A stretch of DNA of 64,000 nucleotides from IMG/VR virus record IMGVR_UViG_3300028584_001241; one strand, written 5' to 3'. The position numbers and the translations under genes were made by a program. The DNA comes from a virus. The stretch's first letter is position 1. Each line of letters opens with the position of its first letter. This document shows positions 47,449 through 57,314 of this stretch, piece by piece. The notes under the pieces were generated by a model. The model was not told the DNA's origin. It did no database searches and saw only the letters and a list, made by a program, of their open reading frames with translations.

Positions 47449-48258
47449 TCAAGCTCCTTTTTTCTCTTTAAATTTTTCAACCATTTCTGTTGCTTGCTCG
47501 ATAAGTGTAGGATATAAGGTATTCAACCCATTAATAGCTGTCTCTTTAACATGATTAAATTTGTGACGATACATGGTTTCAATATCGTTAGGGTCAACCA
47601 GATAAAACTCTCTCATTCCATTACCTTCGGCAACCAACGAAGCGGCTGGGTTTACTTGTAAGCTGCTGCCTATCACAATAAATAAATCAGATTCTCTAAT
47701 ATGTCTTCTTGATTCATAAAATATTTCTTCATCCAGATTTTCATTAAACAAAACAACATGAGGTCTTAATTGTGAATTGGTAGCTGGACATCTATCGCCT
47801 ACGTTGATGTCTTCTAATTGATCATAGAATATCTTTGTATTGGCAATCGGTCTTGATTTCATGATTTCACCATGAAGATGTAATACTTTAGTGCTTCCTG
47901 CTTTTTCATGCAAGTTGTCAACGTTTTGAGTGACAATAACCACATCAAAATATTCTTCAAGCTTTTTAAGTAATAGATGAGCTTCATTAGGTTCTGCTGA
48001 AATAACCTCACGGCGTCTCATGTTATAAAAATCATTAACTTTGGGGAAATTATTACGAATAGCACTGGCGGTGGCTATTTCGTCAATAGAATGGTTATTC
48101 CACAAACCATCGCTGTCCCTGAACGTTTCAAGGCCACTTTCACGAGAAATACCCGCACCTGTAAAGATGGTAATTTTTGGTTTGTAATTTTCAACGCTTA
48201 TATTTTCTTCTAAGGTTTGCTCGTATTTTTTCTTAATACCTAATATTTTACTGAACAT
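47449..48258 (-). CDS. cobB: Sir2/CobB-family NAD-dependent protein deacylase
   Basis: TGAGISRESGLETFR, PNEAH, TQNVDNLHE.AG, HLHG, LRPHVVLF, IGSSLQV.PAA. Confidence 0.9.
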   Translation of the reverse strand: MFSKILGIKKKYEQTLEENISVENYKPKITIFTGAGISRESGLETFRDSDGLWNNHSIDEIATASAIRNNFPKVNDFYNMRRREVISAEPNEAHLLLKKLEEYFDVVIVTQNVDNLHEKAGSTKVLHLHGEIMKSRPIANTKIFYDQLEDINVGDRCPATNSQLRPHVVLFNENLDEEIFYESRRHIRESDLFIVIGSSLQVNPAASLVAEGNGMREFYLVDPNDIETMYRHKFNHVKETAINGLNTLYPTLIEQATEMVEKFKEKKGA

Positions 48259-48376
48259 AGCTCATCCTTTTTTATATTTTTGTATTATACATCTTTTAGA
48301 CATTAAAGTCAATTATGTTGAATTGACAACAAATATAAATTGTTATATAGTCTCAAGATTATTAGAGGTAAATACT

Positions 48377-48667
48377 ATGGCTTATTTTATGAAATTACAA
48401 TATGCAGCAACAGGAGAGGGTGCTCGAAATTACTATGTATTATCAACAGTGAACAGTAAAGAAGAACTTTATAACAAGTGTATAGAAGATGGCATTGACA
48501 GCTATTTCATGCAATGTGCTGAATTTATTCATGTTGATGACTTAACTGAAAATGATTTGAAATTCATTTTAGCAAACATACCTAAAATGCATATGGTTAT
48601 TCAGAATAAAATCTATAAAAAAGGTACGGTTTGGATACGGTATGATGATTATCTAAATTTCTCTTGA
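48377..48667 (+). CDS. Hypothetical protein
   Basis: GAGG RBS before MAYFMK. Confidence 0.65.
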   Translation: MAYFMKLQYAATGEGARNYYVLSTVNSKEELYNKCIEDGIDSYFMQCAEFIHVDDLTENDLKFILANIPKMHMVIQNKIYKKGTVWIRYDDYLNFS

Positions 48668-48750
48668 ATTATTTTTCAAAATAATCAAAGAACCAGATTG
48701 ATATAATTTCAGTTTATTGTATAATAACTGAAAACAATGAGAGTCGTAAA

Positions 48751-49353
48751 ATGAAAATAGTTAAAGGGTTTCTTAATCCCTTACTGGTCACCTTTGCACT
48801 TTTAACAATAACTGGGTGTTCCACTGCAAGTAAGACAACAACCTTTGACTTTACAAAGTTATCCTGCGGAACAAGTTTTGTTAAACATTTCAAATATGAT
48901 GAAGTAGAAATTTTAAAATTTAAAAGCCATCAAAACAAATCTGTCTTTTTGATGGGTAAGATAGACGGTATTGAAAAATGTGAAAAGTATCCCTGCACAA
49001 CTTGCAAACTTTTTATGTGTAAAGATCCACAATTCACTGATATTAAATACTACAACGAAGCTGAAAATAAAATATACAGCATGAATGGTAAGAAAACTAA
49101 TGACAGAAACAGTAATTACGTTGATAAATGGATACATAGAGATATCGTTAAAGGCAGTAATGCAGATTATGTATTTAATATTTCTCACAGAGAGGGTTAT
49201 GAATATGAGCAAGTCTTCAACATTAACAATGGCTACTTAGTCTATGAAATAGCAACCCCTATTAAAGTAGACAAAGAAATATATATAAGTCCCTGTGATG
49301 TGAAAGCACTCGACACCTATAACAGTTTTTACAGTTCATATCATTTACCATAA
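48751..49353 (+). CDS. Lipoprotein
   Basis: Lipobox ITGC; Cys-rich. Confidence 0.7.
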   Translation: MKIVKGFLNPLLVTFALLTITGCSTASKTTTFDFTKLSCGTSFVKHFKYDEVEILKFKSHQNKSVFLMGKIDGIEKCEKYPCTTCKLFMCKDPQFTDIKYYNEAENKIYSMNGKKTNDRNSNYVDKWIHRDIVKGSNADYVFNISHREGYEYEQVFNINNGYLVYEIATPIKVDKEIYISPCDVKALDTYNSFYSSYHLP

Positions 49354-49430
49354 GAGCCTTCTGGCTCTTTTTTGTTAACTTGACAAAAATCATATAAATA
49401 CTATTATTATAACTTTACAGGAGTTTTCTC

Positions 49431-50045
49431 ATGGCGTTAAACAAAAAAGACATTACAATCGGTTTTCTACTCATTTCGGTTGTTCTAATCGTTATCACAA
49501 TGTATTATGGTTTCATAAAATTAGCTGAATTAAAAGATTTAGAAACTAGAAATGAACCTATAGGTGGAATGTATGGCGTCAATCTTGGTGACAATGTTGA
49601 GACACTATTCAAAAATCCAAACCTATTTGCTATTGATAAAACAAGTGATAGCGAAACTAAATATGATTATATTACAACATCAGTCAGTGGAAGTGATGGA
49701 GAAAGTAATAAATTAATTATCTATGCAACAAAAGAAAGTGGTACGATTTATGAGATAATTTATAAAAAATACATTGAAAATGATTGTGAAATTGCTAATG
49801 TCGCTATCAAAAAATTAAGAAATCAATATGGTCTTGGTAATTACAATATAATGGATGCAATATTCAATATGAAATCAATTGATAAGGATAACCGATCAAT
49901 TTATGTTTCGTGTGGAACAGAGATTTTGGAAAGACAGAAGAAAATGAAAATTTATTATAACGACAAGATAATTGAAGACAAAATTAATGAAGAGTATGAG
50001 CAGTATAAAATAAAAAGACTAAACGTAGATTTAAAGATCAATTAA
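49431..50045 (+). CDS. Membrane-anchored protein (paralog of 5645)
   Basis: N-terminal TM; MYGVNLG, GTIYEI, LRNQY. Confidence 0.7.
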   Translation: MALNKKDITIGFLLISVVLIVITMYYGFIKLAELKDLETRNEPIGGMYGVNLGDNVETLFKNPNLFAIDKTSDSETKYDYITTSVSGSDGESNKLIIYATKESGTIYEIIYKKYIENDCEIANVAIKKLRNQYGLGNYNIMDAIFNMKSIDKDNRSIYVSCGTEILERQKKMKIYYNDKIIEDKINEEYEQYKIKRLNVDLKIN

Positions 50046-50128
50046 ATATATATGTTCAATATACTTGACAGTTTTTGGCAGTAATGGTAATATCGGTGGT
50101 AAATAGATAGCCAATTAGGAGCTTTAAA

Positions 50129-50278
50129 ATGAAACGCCAAGAAAAAGAAACAAACTATGTTTGTGACTTTATAAGTAAAATATTTGAATCATTCTTTCCT
50201 GCTGAGCCATATAATATTATGGAATCAAAAGAAAATAAACGTAAAAAAGAACGTTATTACAAAATGGAACAACGATAA
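50129..50278 (+). CDS. Small protein (49 aa)
   Basis: AGGAG RBS, upstream TTGACA, downstream terminator; not in ORF track. Confidence 0.55.
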   Translation: MKRQEKETNYVCDFISKIFESFFPAEPYNIMESKENKRKKERYYKMEQR

Positions 50279-50361
50279 GGCACTTAGGTGCTTTATTTTT
50301 TTTACAATTGATTATTTTTTTTAAAGGGGTAAAATTAGAGCATTCTAATAGGAACTGAACT

Positions 50362-50739
50362 ATGACACCAAAAGAAAAAATATTAAAAGAATTAAAACTC
50401 TACAACAGTGATGACGAATTGCTGTATGATTACATATTATCCAGAAAAAGAGATCTTAACATTTTACCAGAAGAAGATCGAAATCCAACAAACAAAATAT
50501 CGGGCTGTATGAGCATGGTTCATGTCTTAGTAACAAAGACAGATGAAGGCACTTTATTACAAGGTTTTTCAGATTCTGAAATTATTAGTGGCATATTAGG
50601 TATAATGTGTGCTATAATAAAGACAGATAAAGAGCCAAAATACAAAGAATATGAAGATATTCTGAGTGAGATTAAATTAGCTTTAAGTCAAAATAGACGT
50701 TTAGGTTTTGCAAGCATAATTAGTAAGATATTCCATTAA
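50362..50739 (+). CDS. sufE: SufE-family Fe-S cluster sulfur acceptor
   Basis: NKISGCMS.V, GFSDSEIISG, LSQNRRLGF. Confidence 0.8.
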   Translation: MTPKEKILKELKLYNSDDELLYDYILSRKRDLNILPEEDRNPTNKISGCMSMVHVLVTKTDEGTLLQGFSDSEIISGILGIMCAIIKTDKEPKYKEYEDILSEIKLALSQNRRLGFASIISKIFH

Positions 50740-50834
50740 AAGGTATTGAATTAAATATCTAAGTAGTGTAATATAATATAAAAGGTGGCGAATCATTTCG
50801 TAGCCTTTTTAAAGGCTATAAATGAGGAAAACCT

Positions 50835-51005
50835 ATGAGCAAAATTGATGTGAAGGATATTGATCTTGACAAATTAGATGAACTTGCCGAAGATGATTAT
50901 TTCCACTCAAAAGAAAGAGTTGTAAAAGGGCAAAGGGCACTTGAAGAGTTAAAGGACAATGGGAGACACAAAAAACAAAGCCCAAGAAAAATTAAATCTC
51001 AATAA
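50835..51005 (+). CDS. Small protein (56 aa; acidic N-half, basic C-half)
   Basis: GAGG RBS; MSKIDVKD...RKIKSQ; not in ORF track. Confidence 0.6.
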   Translation: MSKIDVKDIDLDKLDELAEDDYFHSKERVVKGQRALEELKDNGRHKKQSPRKIKSQ

Positions 51006-51079
51006 CCCCCGTTTTAATCAACAAATTAATGCACTCGTCAGAGAGCATTTTTTAATAACACAAATTGGAGATATATATC

Positions 51080-52213
51080 ATGACTACTGCTGTTTACGCA
51101 CTATCTGGCGACCCTATCACCTTCGGTCATATTGACATCATTAACCGTGCTGCTGCAGGCTTTGATAAGCTTATTGTTGGTCTTGGTGTAAACCCTAACA
51201 AAAAATATATGTTGACTCCTGATGAACGTTTAACGGTTGCCAAACAATCGCTCTCACACCTTACTAACGTTACCGTGATGTTCTTTGAAGGACTGTTGGT
51301 TGACTTCGCTTTTGAACAAGGTGCTAGCATTATTGTTCGTGGTATTCGAAATGCTTCTGATGCAGTAGATGAGCAAGCACTTGACCAGATCAACGGTTCT
51401 CAAATGGATATTGATACTTTCTTTATGTTTTCACGCTCTAAACTCGCTCATGTAAGTTCTAGCAACGTCAAAGCAATTCAAGCTGAGAATGGTCTAATTC
51501 ATGAGTATGTTCCACTTCCAGTTAAAAAACTACTTGAACGTAAAATTTCAAGTCAACTTGTCTATGGTATTACTGGTGTGATGGGTTCTGGTAAGTCGTA
51601 TGTTGCCGACCAATTGGCTTTGTTCTCTGAACAACAACATGCTGAGTCCGAAAGCAACCCACTGGTGTTTAACATTGAGCTGGATAAATTGGCACATCAG
51701 GTATACAGCTCAGATAAGCCACGTTACAAAGAGATTCGTGAACGCATTAGAAAACGTTTCGGTACCCTTGACCGTGCTAAAATTGGTCAAATAGCATTCG
51801 GCACAGAAGACAGTAAAGAACACGTTGATTTCTTGAATGAGATCTTCAAAGAACCCGTAATGGTTCTGCTTCGTAAAGAGCTTCGTGGTAAAAAAGGCAT
51901 TGTGCTGATTAACTCTGCGTTACTGGTGGAAAGTGATATGCTGAACTTATGCAACAACCATGTTATTTTGGTCGATGCTGAAGAGTCGGTTCGTCATGCT
52001 CGGTTGGTCGAATTTAGAAACATTGATCCAGTTGTCGCTGAAAACCGTATCAAGCACATGAAAAGCAATGGTGCCAAGAAAGCACAAATTAAATCGGCAA
52101 TCGCCAGTGTGCAATTTGGTAAAATTGTTAAGTTCAATAACACAGCAAGTGAATTGACTGATATTGCTAAATTATACGAACAACTTAAAGCTGACTACAA
52201 CGGCGAGCAATGA
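51080..52213 (+). CDS. coaD-coaE: Fused phosphopantetheine adenylyltransferase (CoaD) and dephospho-CoA kinase (CoaE)
   Basis: SGDPITFGHIDII, IVRGIR, VSSSNVK; then GITGVMGSGKS, D.LAH, LDRAKIG, ALLVE. Confidence 0.85.
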   Translation: MTTAVYALSGDPITFGHIDIINRAAAGFDKLIVGLGVNPNKKYMLTPDERLTVAKQSLSHLTNVTVMFFEGLLVDFAFEQGASIIVRGIRNASDAVDEQALDQINGSQMDIDTFFMFSRSKLAHVSSSNVKAIQAENGLIHEYVPLPVKKLLERKISSQLVYGITGVMGSGKSYVADQLALFSEQQHAESESNPLVFNIELDKLAHQVYSSDKPRYKEIRERIRKRFGTLDRAKIGQIAFGTEDSKEHVDFLNEIFKEPVMVLLRKELRGKKGIVLINSALLVESDMLNLCNNHVILVDAEESVRHARLVEFRNIDPVVAENRIKHMKSNGAKKAQIKSAIASVQFGKIVKFNNTASELTDIAKLYEQLKADYNGEQ

Positions 52214-52271
52214 AGATAAAAAACCCACTGAGAAGTGGGATTTTTTTTGTTTTTTTTAATGAATATCATTG

Positions 52272-53018
52272 TTAAAGATTAGTAATTAACATTTTATCAT
52301 TACCTGAATTAACCGGGACATCAGCAGCCAACGTTTGCATAATACTATTCATCGCGTTATCTTTAAATGATTTGTATTCTTCTCGTGTAATGAATCGATC
52401 ACTGTATATTTGATTAAAATCATCACGAACTGATTTATTAGAAATGTTTTGAACCGTTAACAATTTATTAAACATATCAGCTTCATCCAAACCTTTAATT
52501 TTATTCGGATTGTTGATAAATACTTTTAATGCTTCAAAGTTTTTTGTTTCCAATGCTAATTGAAACTCTTTTGCTGGAATAGAATTGGTAAATACTGTTT
52601 TATCTTCATATCTGTTAGCGATTTGATTATAAATTTCATTGCTTGCTTTCACTAATGCGGTTTCTTTTGTATTAAAGTTAACAACAAATACTGTAAATAC
52701 TAAAAATACAAATGAAATAGAAACTACCAATTTATTAAAATGTTTTTTGAAATCATCATAACAAATAAATCCTGACATGAAACAAAGAAATATTCCAATT
52801 AAAAGAGTTGCAAGACCAAAGAAGCCTATAAAAAAAGGATCAGCAACTGTGTTTGAATGAGCATTAAAATTAAAGCCATCTTGTTTAAGATTGTAACTAT
52901 TAAAAGCATCATAACTGATCGAAAATGCATAAGCAAGAATCACTGCTCCTAAAAGACCAAGACAAACGGTTATAATCATAGGCAGTAAATTAGAACTTTT
53001 CTTAGATGATTTTTCCAT
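52272..53018 (-). CDS. 3-TM membrane protein (paralog of 20986)
   Basis: IYSDRFITREEYKSF. Confidence 0.75.
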   Translation of the reverse strand: MEKSSKKSSNLLPMIITVCLGLLGAVILAYAFSISYDAFNSYNLKQDGFNFNAHSNTVADPFFIGFFGLATLLIGIFLCFMSGFICYDDFKKHFNKLVVSISFVFLVFTVFVVNFNTKETALVKASNEIYNQIANRYEDKTVFTNSIPAKEFQLALETKNFEALKVFINNPNKIKGLDEADMFNKLLTVQNISNKSVRDDFNQIYSDRFITREEYKSFKDNAMNSIMQTLAADVPVNSGNDKMLITNL

Positions 53019-53124
53019 ATAATTCTCCTTTTTTTAGTAAAAATATAAAAATCTCTTATATAATAATCGAGAACTGCCATTTGTCAAAAAAACATTAAAC
53101 AAAAAAAATCGCTTGATTTATTAA

Positions 53125-53742
53125 ATGTTCACTGTTATAATTGCGGACATGAAAAATACTATAATAGAAATACCTCAAAAAACATTCATCATCACTGACA
53201 TCGAAGCCACTTGTGATGACCAATCAAATACGCAATCAACCTTTAGCAGAGACTTATCTGAACCGATAGAAATTGGTGCAGTTGCTGTTAATGAGCAATT
53301 TGAAATACTGGGTGAATTCCAAACCTTTATCAAACCACTTAACTACAATACAGTGTTAACACCTTTCTGTATGCAGCTTACTAAAATTAAGCAATCAAAT
53401 GTAGACAATGCTCCTTTGTACAAAGACGCTTATCAATCCTTCGAAGACTGGTTCTTAAAATATCCCAACCCAGAATTCTGCTCTTGGGGTCGATATGATT
53501 TTTATGAGTTGAAAAAGTTTTGTGAACGAAATGGACAAAAGTTTCACTTTGATGCAGGTGTTAACTTAAAAAACTTGTTTGCTAAGAAACAAAAGATTGG
53601 TCGAGAAATTGGATTAGGTCGAGCGTTGACTAAAAGTGGACTACAATTCATCGGCACACCACACCGTGGCATTGATGATGCGAAAAACATTGCCAGATTG
53701 TTACCATACACTTATTATGATAAAAAAATCGAAAATAAATAA
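53125..53742 (+). CDS. ERI-1/KapD-like DEDDh 3'-5' exonuclease
   Basis: DIEATC, IEIGAV, FC..LT.I, SWGRYD, HRGIDDA.N. Confidence 0.9.
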   Translation: MFTVIIADMKNTIIEIPQKTFIITDIEATCDDQSNTQSTFSRDLSEPIEIGAVAVNEQFEILGEFQTFIKPLNYNTVLTPFCMQLTKIKQSNVDNAPLYKDAYQSFEDWFLKYPNPEFCSWGRYDFYELKKFCERNGQKFHFDAGVNLKNLFAKKQKIGREIGLGRALTKSGLQFIGTPHRGIDDAKNIARLLPYTYYDKKIENK

Positions 53743-53821
53743 TAATAAAGATCTATCGAAAATCCAATTTGATAAAATATAAACAAAGTGTTATAATTTA
53801 TAGATAACTAGGAGCTATCCA

Positions 53822-54703
53822 ATGAGCGATATTATTAGAAAACAAAGTCAAATAGACCAATCCTTAAACATCATCTATCCAGCATCTCAAATCGGCCAAT
53901 ACGAAGCTCGTTTCGTTCGTCGTGAAGATGATTACTTCATCATTTACGTGTCCTCTCAATCAGGTTGTGATCAAGCCTGCAGAATGTGTCACTTAACAGC
54001 CACAGGTCAAAACAAGCTTGAAAATGCTTCTTATGAAGAATTGGTTAAACAAGCTGCTCTTGTTTATGAACATTATGACATTCAAGAAAAGAAAGCAAAA
54101 CTTGTGCATTACAATTTCATGGCACGAGGTGAAGCATTAAATAACCCAGTTATTCTAAATGATAACGAACGTCTGCTTGGAACTTATGGTGAGATGGCCC
54201 GTATTCGTGGACTGGATGCAAAGTATCTTATTTCAACAATTATGCCGGATAGTATGGGTGATCGTACATTGGTTGATATCTTCCCTAATACCTTACCAGA
54301 GATCTACTACTCCATTTACAGCACTAATGAAAAATTTAGAAAGAAATGGTTAGCCAGAGCATTACCTTATCAAAAAAGTTTAGAGCTTCTGAAAGAATGG
54401 CAAGATTACAATGGTAAGACACCAAAAATCCACTTTGCTTTCATTAAAGGTGAAAATGATTCTGAACAAGATATGGTCAATATGGCCGAAGCTATTAATA
54501 AACTTGACCTAAAAGTCAACTTGAATATTGTAAGATACAACCCTTTTTCTGATAAATACGGTGTAGAGTCTGATGAAGCTGTAATTGACAGAAACGTAGC
54601 GATATTGGTCGATCTTTTAAAACCTGCTCAATATAGAGTAGTACCCAAAGTAGGCTTTGATGTAAAGGCTTCTTGTGGTATGTTTGTAGGAAAAAATAAA
54701 TAA
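53822..54703 (+). CDS. RlmN/Cfr-like radical SAM RNA methyltransferase
   Basis: VSSQSGCDQACRMC..T, FMARGE.L.N, NDS, NI.RYNP, DVKASCG. Confidence 0.8.
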   Translation: MSDIIRKQSQIDQSLNIIYPASQIGQYEARFVRREDDYFIIYVSSQSGCDQACRMCHLTATGQNKLENASYEELVKQAALVYEHYDIQEKKAKLVHYNFMARGEALNNPVILNDNERLLGTYGEMARIRGLDAKYLISTIMPDSMGDRTLVDIFPNTLPEIYYSIYSTNEKFRKKWLARALPYQKSLELLKEWQDYNGKTPKIHFAFIKGENDSEQDMVNMAEAINKLDLKVNLNIVRYNPFSDKYGVESDEAVIDRNVAILVDLLKPAQYRVVPKVGFDVKASCGMFVGKNK

Positions 54704-54801
54704 TTAAGGATTACCGTGCGATGAACGGTATAGTTCATAATATTGACAATATCATTATTCTATGCTAATATTTAGACAATTAACAAATAGAGGTATATGT
54801 T

Positions 54802-55038
54802 ATGAATACAGAAATTAAAGACATCAAAGGTAAGGAATTATTAAAAGATGACCAAATCTTATATGCTACTACTCACGGCACGTTACAAATAGGCCGAGTG
54901 TTGGAGATAACCGAAGATGGTTCATTGAAAGTAATTGGTAAAGGCAACAAAAGAGAACTTACGATTAAAGAATCTGACAAACAAGTTTATCTTGTTTCAA
55001 AAGGTTACTACGCAAGAGTCAAAAAACGTGCTGCTTAA
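54802..55038 (+). CDS. Small SH3/KOW-like domain protein
   Basis: DIKGKEL..DDQI.YA...L.IG.V; same module repeated in 55144..55656. Confidence 0.7.
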   Translation: MNTEIKDIKGKELLKDDQILYATTHGTLQIGRVLEITEDGSLKVIGKGNKRELTIKESDKQVYLVSKGYYARVKKRAA

Positions 55039-55143
55039 CGTGTAATACAAAGACCCGCCTATGCGGGTTTTTTGTTAGGTGCCGATAATTTGACATTTGT
55101 GGCTTGTCAAGTTAAAATTTTACAAAATGAAATGGAGATATTT

Positions 55144-55656
55144 ATGAATGAAATAGTCGATATTGTTGGTAAAGTTATTGAAAAAGAAAAAGAAGCTATA
55201 TTTATAGGCGACAATGGTGTTGTTTATAAGGGTGTTGTTAAAGCATTCAATAAAATAGGCCAAGTGCAAATCGAAGAATCAATGACCGCCAAATACATTG
55301 TGGTGAAGACACCTTCAAAAAGTATTTATGTCATTCCTGACCCGATTGATTTGGAAGATGTCTTTGACATGAAGTTTGAAGTAAAAGAAAAGAAACCAAC
55401 AGAACGTGATTTCTTTCGTCAGTTGTCTGTAGCGAAATCAATTTTGGGTGATGGCGTGCTTGATGGTGACAAAGTATTATTTGCTGATGGTCAAGAATTG
55501 AAGTTAGGCAGAACGATCAGAGTTGTTAAAGACAGTTCTGTTGTGATAGTTAATGGCAATAAAGATAAAGCAGATGTGACAATTGAAACAAATGGTAAAA
55601 ATCTGTATTTACTTGTCAAAGATTATTACATCAAAGAAAAAGCAGCTTACATTTAA
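55144..55656 (+). CDS. Protein with two copies of the 54802-type module
   Basis: DIVGK.. and SILGD..LDGDKVLFA..LKLG repeats; LYLL.KDYY tail. Confidence 0.7.
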   Translation: MNEIVDIVGKVIEKEKEAIFIGDNGVVYKGVVKAFNKIGQVQIEESMTAKYIVVKTPSKSIYVIPDPIDLEDVFDMKFEVKEKKPTERDFFRQLSVAKSILGDGVLDGDKVLFADGQELKLGRTIRVVKDSSVVIVNGNKDKADVTIETNGKNLYLLVKDYYIKEKAAYI

Positions 55657-55814
55657 ATAAGCGTTCTAAACAACATGGCTTACTTTAATCAGTAGGCCAT
55701 TTTTTTCATATTTAACAATGATTTTTAATCATAATAATTAGCAATTATTTCGTCTAAAAAGATGTAATTATATTTCGTTGTGTTACAATGTAATAATAGA
55801 CAAATTGAGATCAA

Positions 55815-56477
55815 ATGACAATATTAGAAAAGTTTTATACAGGGATTGGTTCCCGAGAAACGCCTGCTGAATATTTAGCCATAATGACTGAACTGGCAAC
55901 CTATCTCAATAAAACAGGATGGACATTAAGAAGTGGCGGATCATGGGGAGCTGACGAAGCTTTTCAAAAAGGGGTATCTAACTATTCAAATATCTTTTTA
56001 CCTCGCTTAAACTGGCGAAAAGATGATGGTATTGTGGGAAGATTCATAGACGACACTGAATTAGTTAGGGATGCAATGTATATTGTTTCAAAATATGATT
56101 TACATGAAGACTGGGATAACTTATTGAATAGTCGTGGTGATGGCGGGCTAATGACAGTTAAACTTCATACCAGAAATGTTTTTCAAGTCTTAGGTGATAA
56201 TTTAAGAAATCCTTCAAAGTTTTTAGTTTGCTATACGAATGACGGAGCTATTGATTTGTCTGAGATGAGTAGAAGTACAGGTGGTACCCGAACCGCTATG
56301 AGATTAGCTTGCCATTTTCAAGTGCCTATATTCAACCTTAGAAGACCTGAACATAAATTAAGAATACTTAATTGGATTGAAGAAATGAAGGAAATAGAAT
56401 TAAAAAAAAATAATAAAATAATTACAAATCTCAGCGAAGATCCTTCGATGAAAAGAACAACTCGATTAAAAATTTAA
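55815..56477 (+). CDS. SLOG-superfamily (DprA-like) protein
   Basis: YTGIGSRETP, LRSGG..GAD.AF, RNVFQVLG, GGT.TA.R.A....VPIFNL. Confidence 0.8.
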   Translation: MTILEKFYTGIGSRETPAEYLAIMTELATYLNKTGWTLRSGGSWGADEAFQKGVSNYSNIFLPRLNWRKDDGIVGRFIDDTELVRDAMYIVSKYDLHEDWDNLLNSRGDGGLMTVKLHTRNVFQVLGDNLRNPSKFLVCYTNDGAIDLSEMSRSTGGTRTAMRLACHFQVPIFNLRRPEHKLRILNWIEEMKEIELKKNNKIITNLSEDPSMKRTTRLKI

Positions 56478-56553
56478 CAAAATAGTTACAATATAACGTT
56501 GATTTATCACTTTTTTTAGTCTAACATGTAAAAACAAAACAATCGAGTAAGTA

Positions 56554-57258
56554 ATGTTAAGCCTCAAGTTAATATTACCAGCAGTAATAGCTGGTTTATT
56601 GTCAACAGTCGCAATGGCTGAAGACTCTATCATAGTAGAGGGTGGGGCTGCATCTAAATTAAGCAATGTGACAACACAAGGTTCCAGTAAACTAAACTAC
56701 AATACAATTGCTCAATCTTTTTACTTAGATCTCAAAACAGAAATGGGTGTTCCTAATTTCAAATTAGAATACACTAACAATGCTTATTCCACCAACTACG
56801 GTGAAGTCAATAAATCCTATATTAACAACCAAGCAAACTTTGTAGACGTTAACCTTCAATACGGTGACGTAGTAAGTTATTACACACTCTTTGCAAATGA
56901 CTATAACGTAGGCATGAACTTAGGTGGTGGATTAAGACAATACATGGGTGATATAGAATCATCACAAGCTGGTAAAGAATCACTAAATGCAACCATTCCA
57001 TTAAGTTATCTTGATATGTTCTACAGTCTTGACAAGAATGAATATGTAGGATTATATACAAAAGAATCACAACTAGCGACTGAGAAAGTTCAAGAATCCG
57101 GTCTTTACTATAAAAACAATATTACTAAGGTTGACAATTTAAGTTTCATTGCTACTTACGCTTTATCCAATTTATCGTTTGCAGATGATTACAGTGCTGT
57201 TAATGGTGCCGGACTAAAAACCAGTGGTCTTAACTTTCAGTTAAAATTAAGTTACTAA
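56554..57258 (+). CDS. Outer-membrane beta-barrel protein
   Basis: Signal peptide, PNFKL.Y, D...YY.LF, IPLSY, terminal aromatic (LSY). Confidence 0.7.
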   Translation: MLSLKLILPAVIAGLLSTVAMAEDSIIVEGGAASKLSNVTTQGSSKLNYNTIAQSFYLDLKTEMGVPNFKLEYTNNAYSTNYGEVNKSYINNQANFVDVNLQYGDVVSYYTLFANDYNVGMNLGGGLRQYMGDIESSQAGKESLNATIPLSYLDMFYSLDKNEYVGLYTKESQLATEKVQESGLYYKNNITKVDNLSFIATYALSNLSFADDYSAVNGAGLKTSGLNFQLKLSY

Positions 57259-57314
57259 AAAATAAAGACAAAAAAAATAAGCCATCAGGCTTATTTTTAA
57301 TATTGACACTCAAC

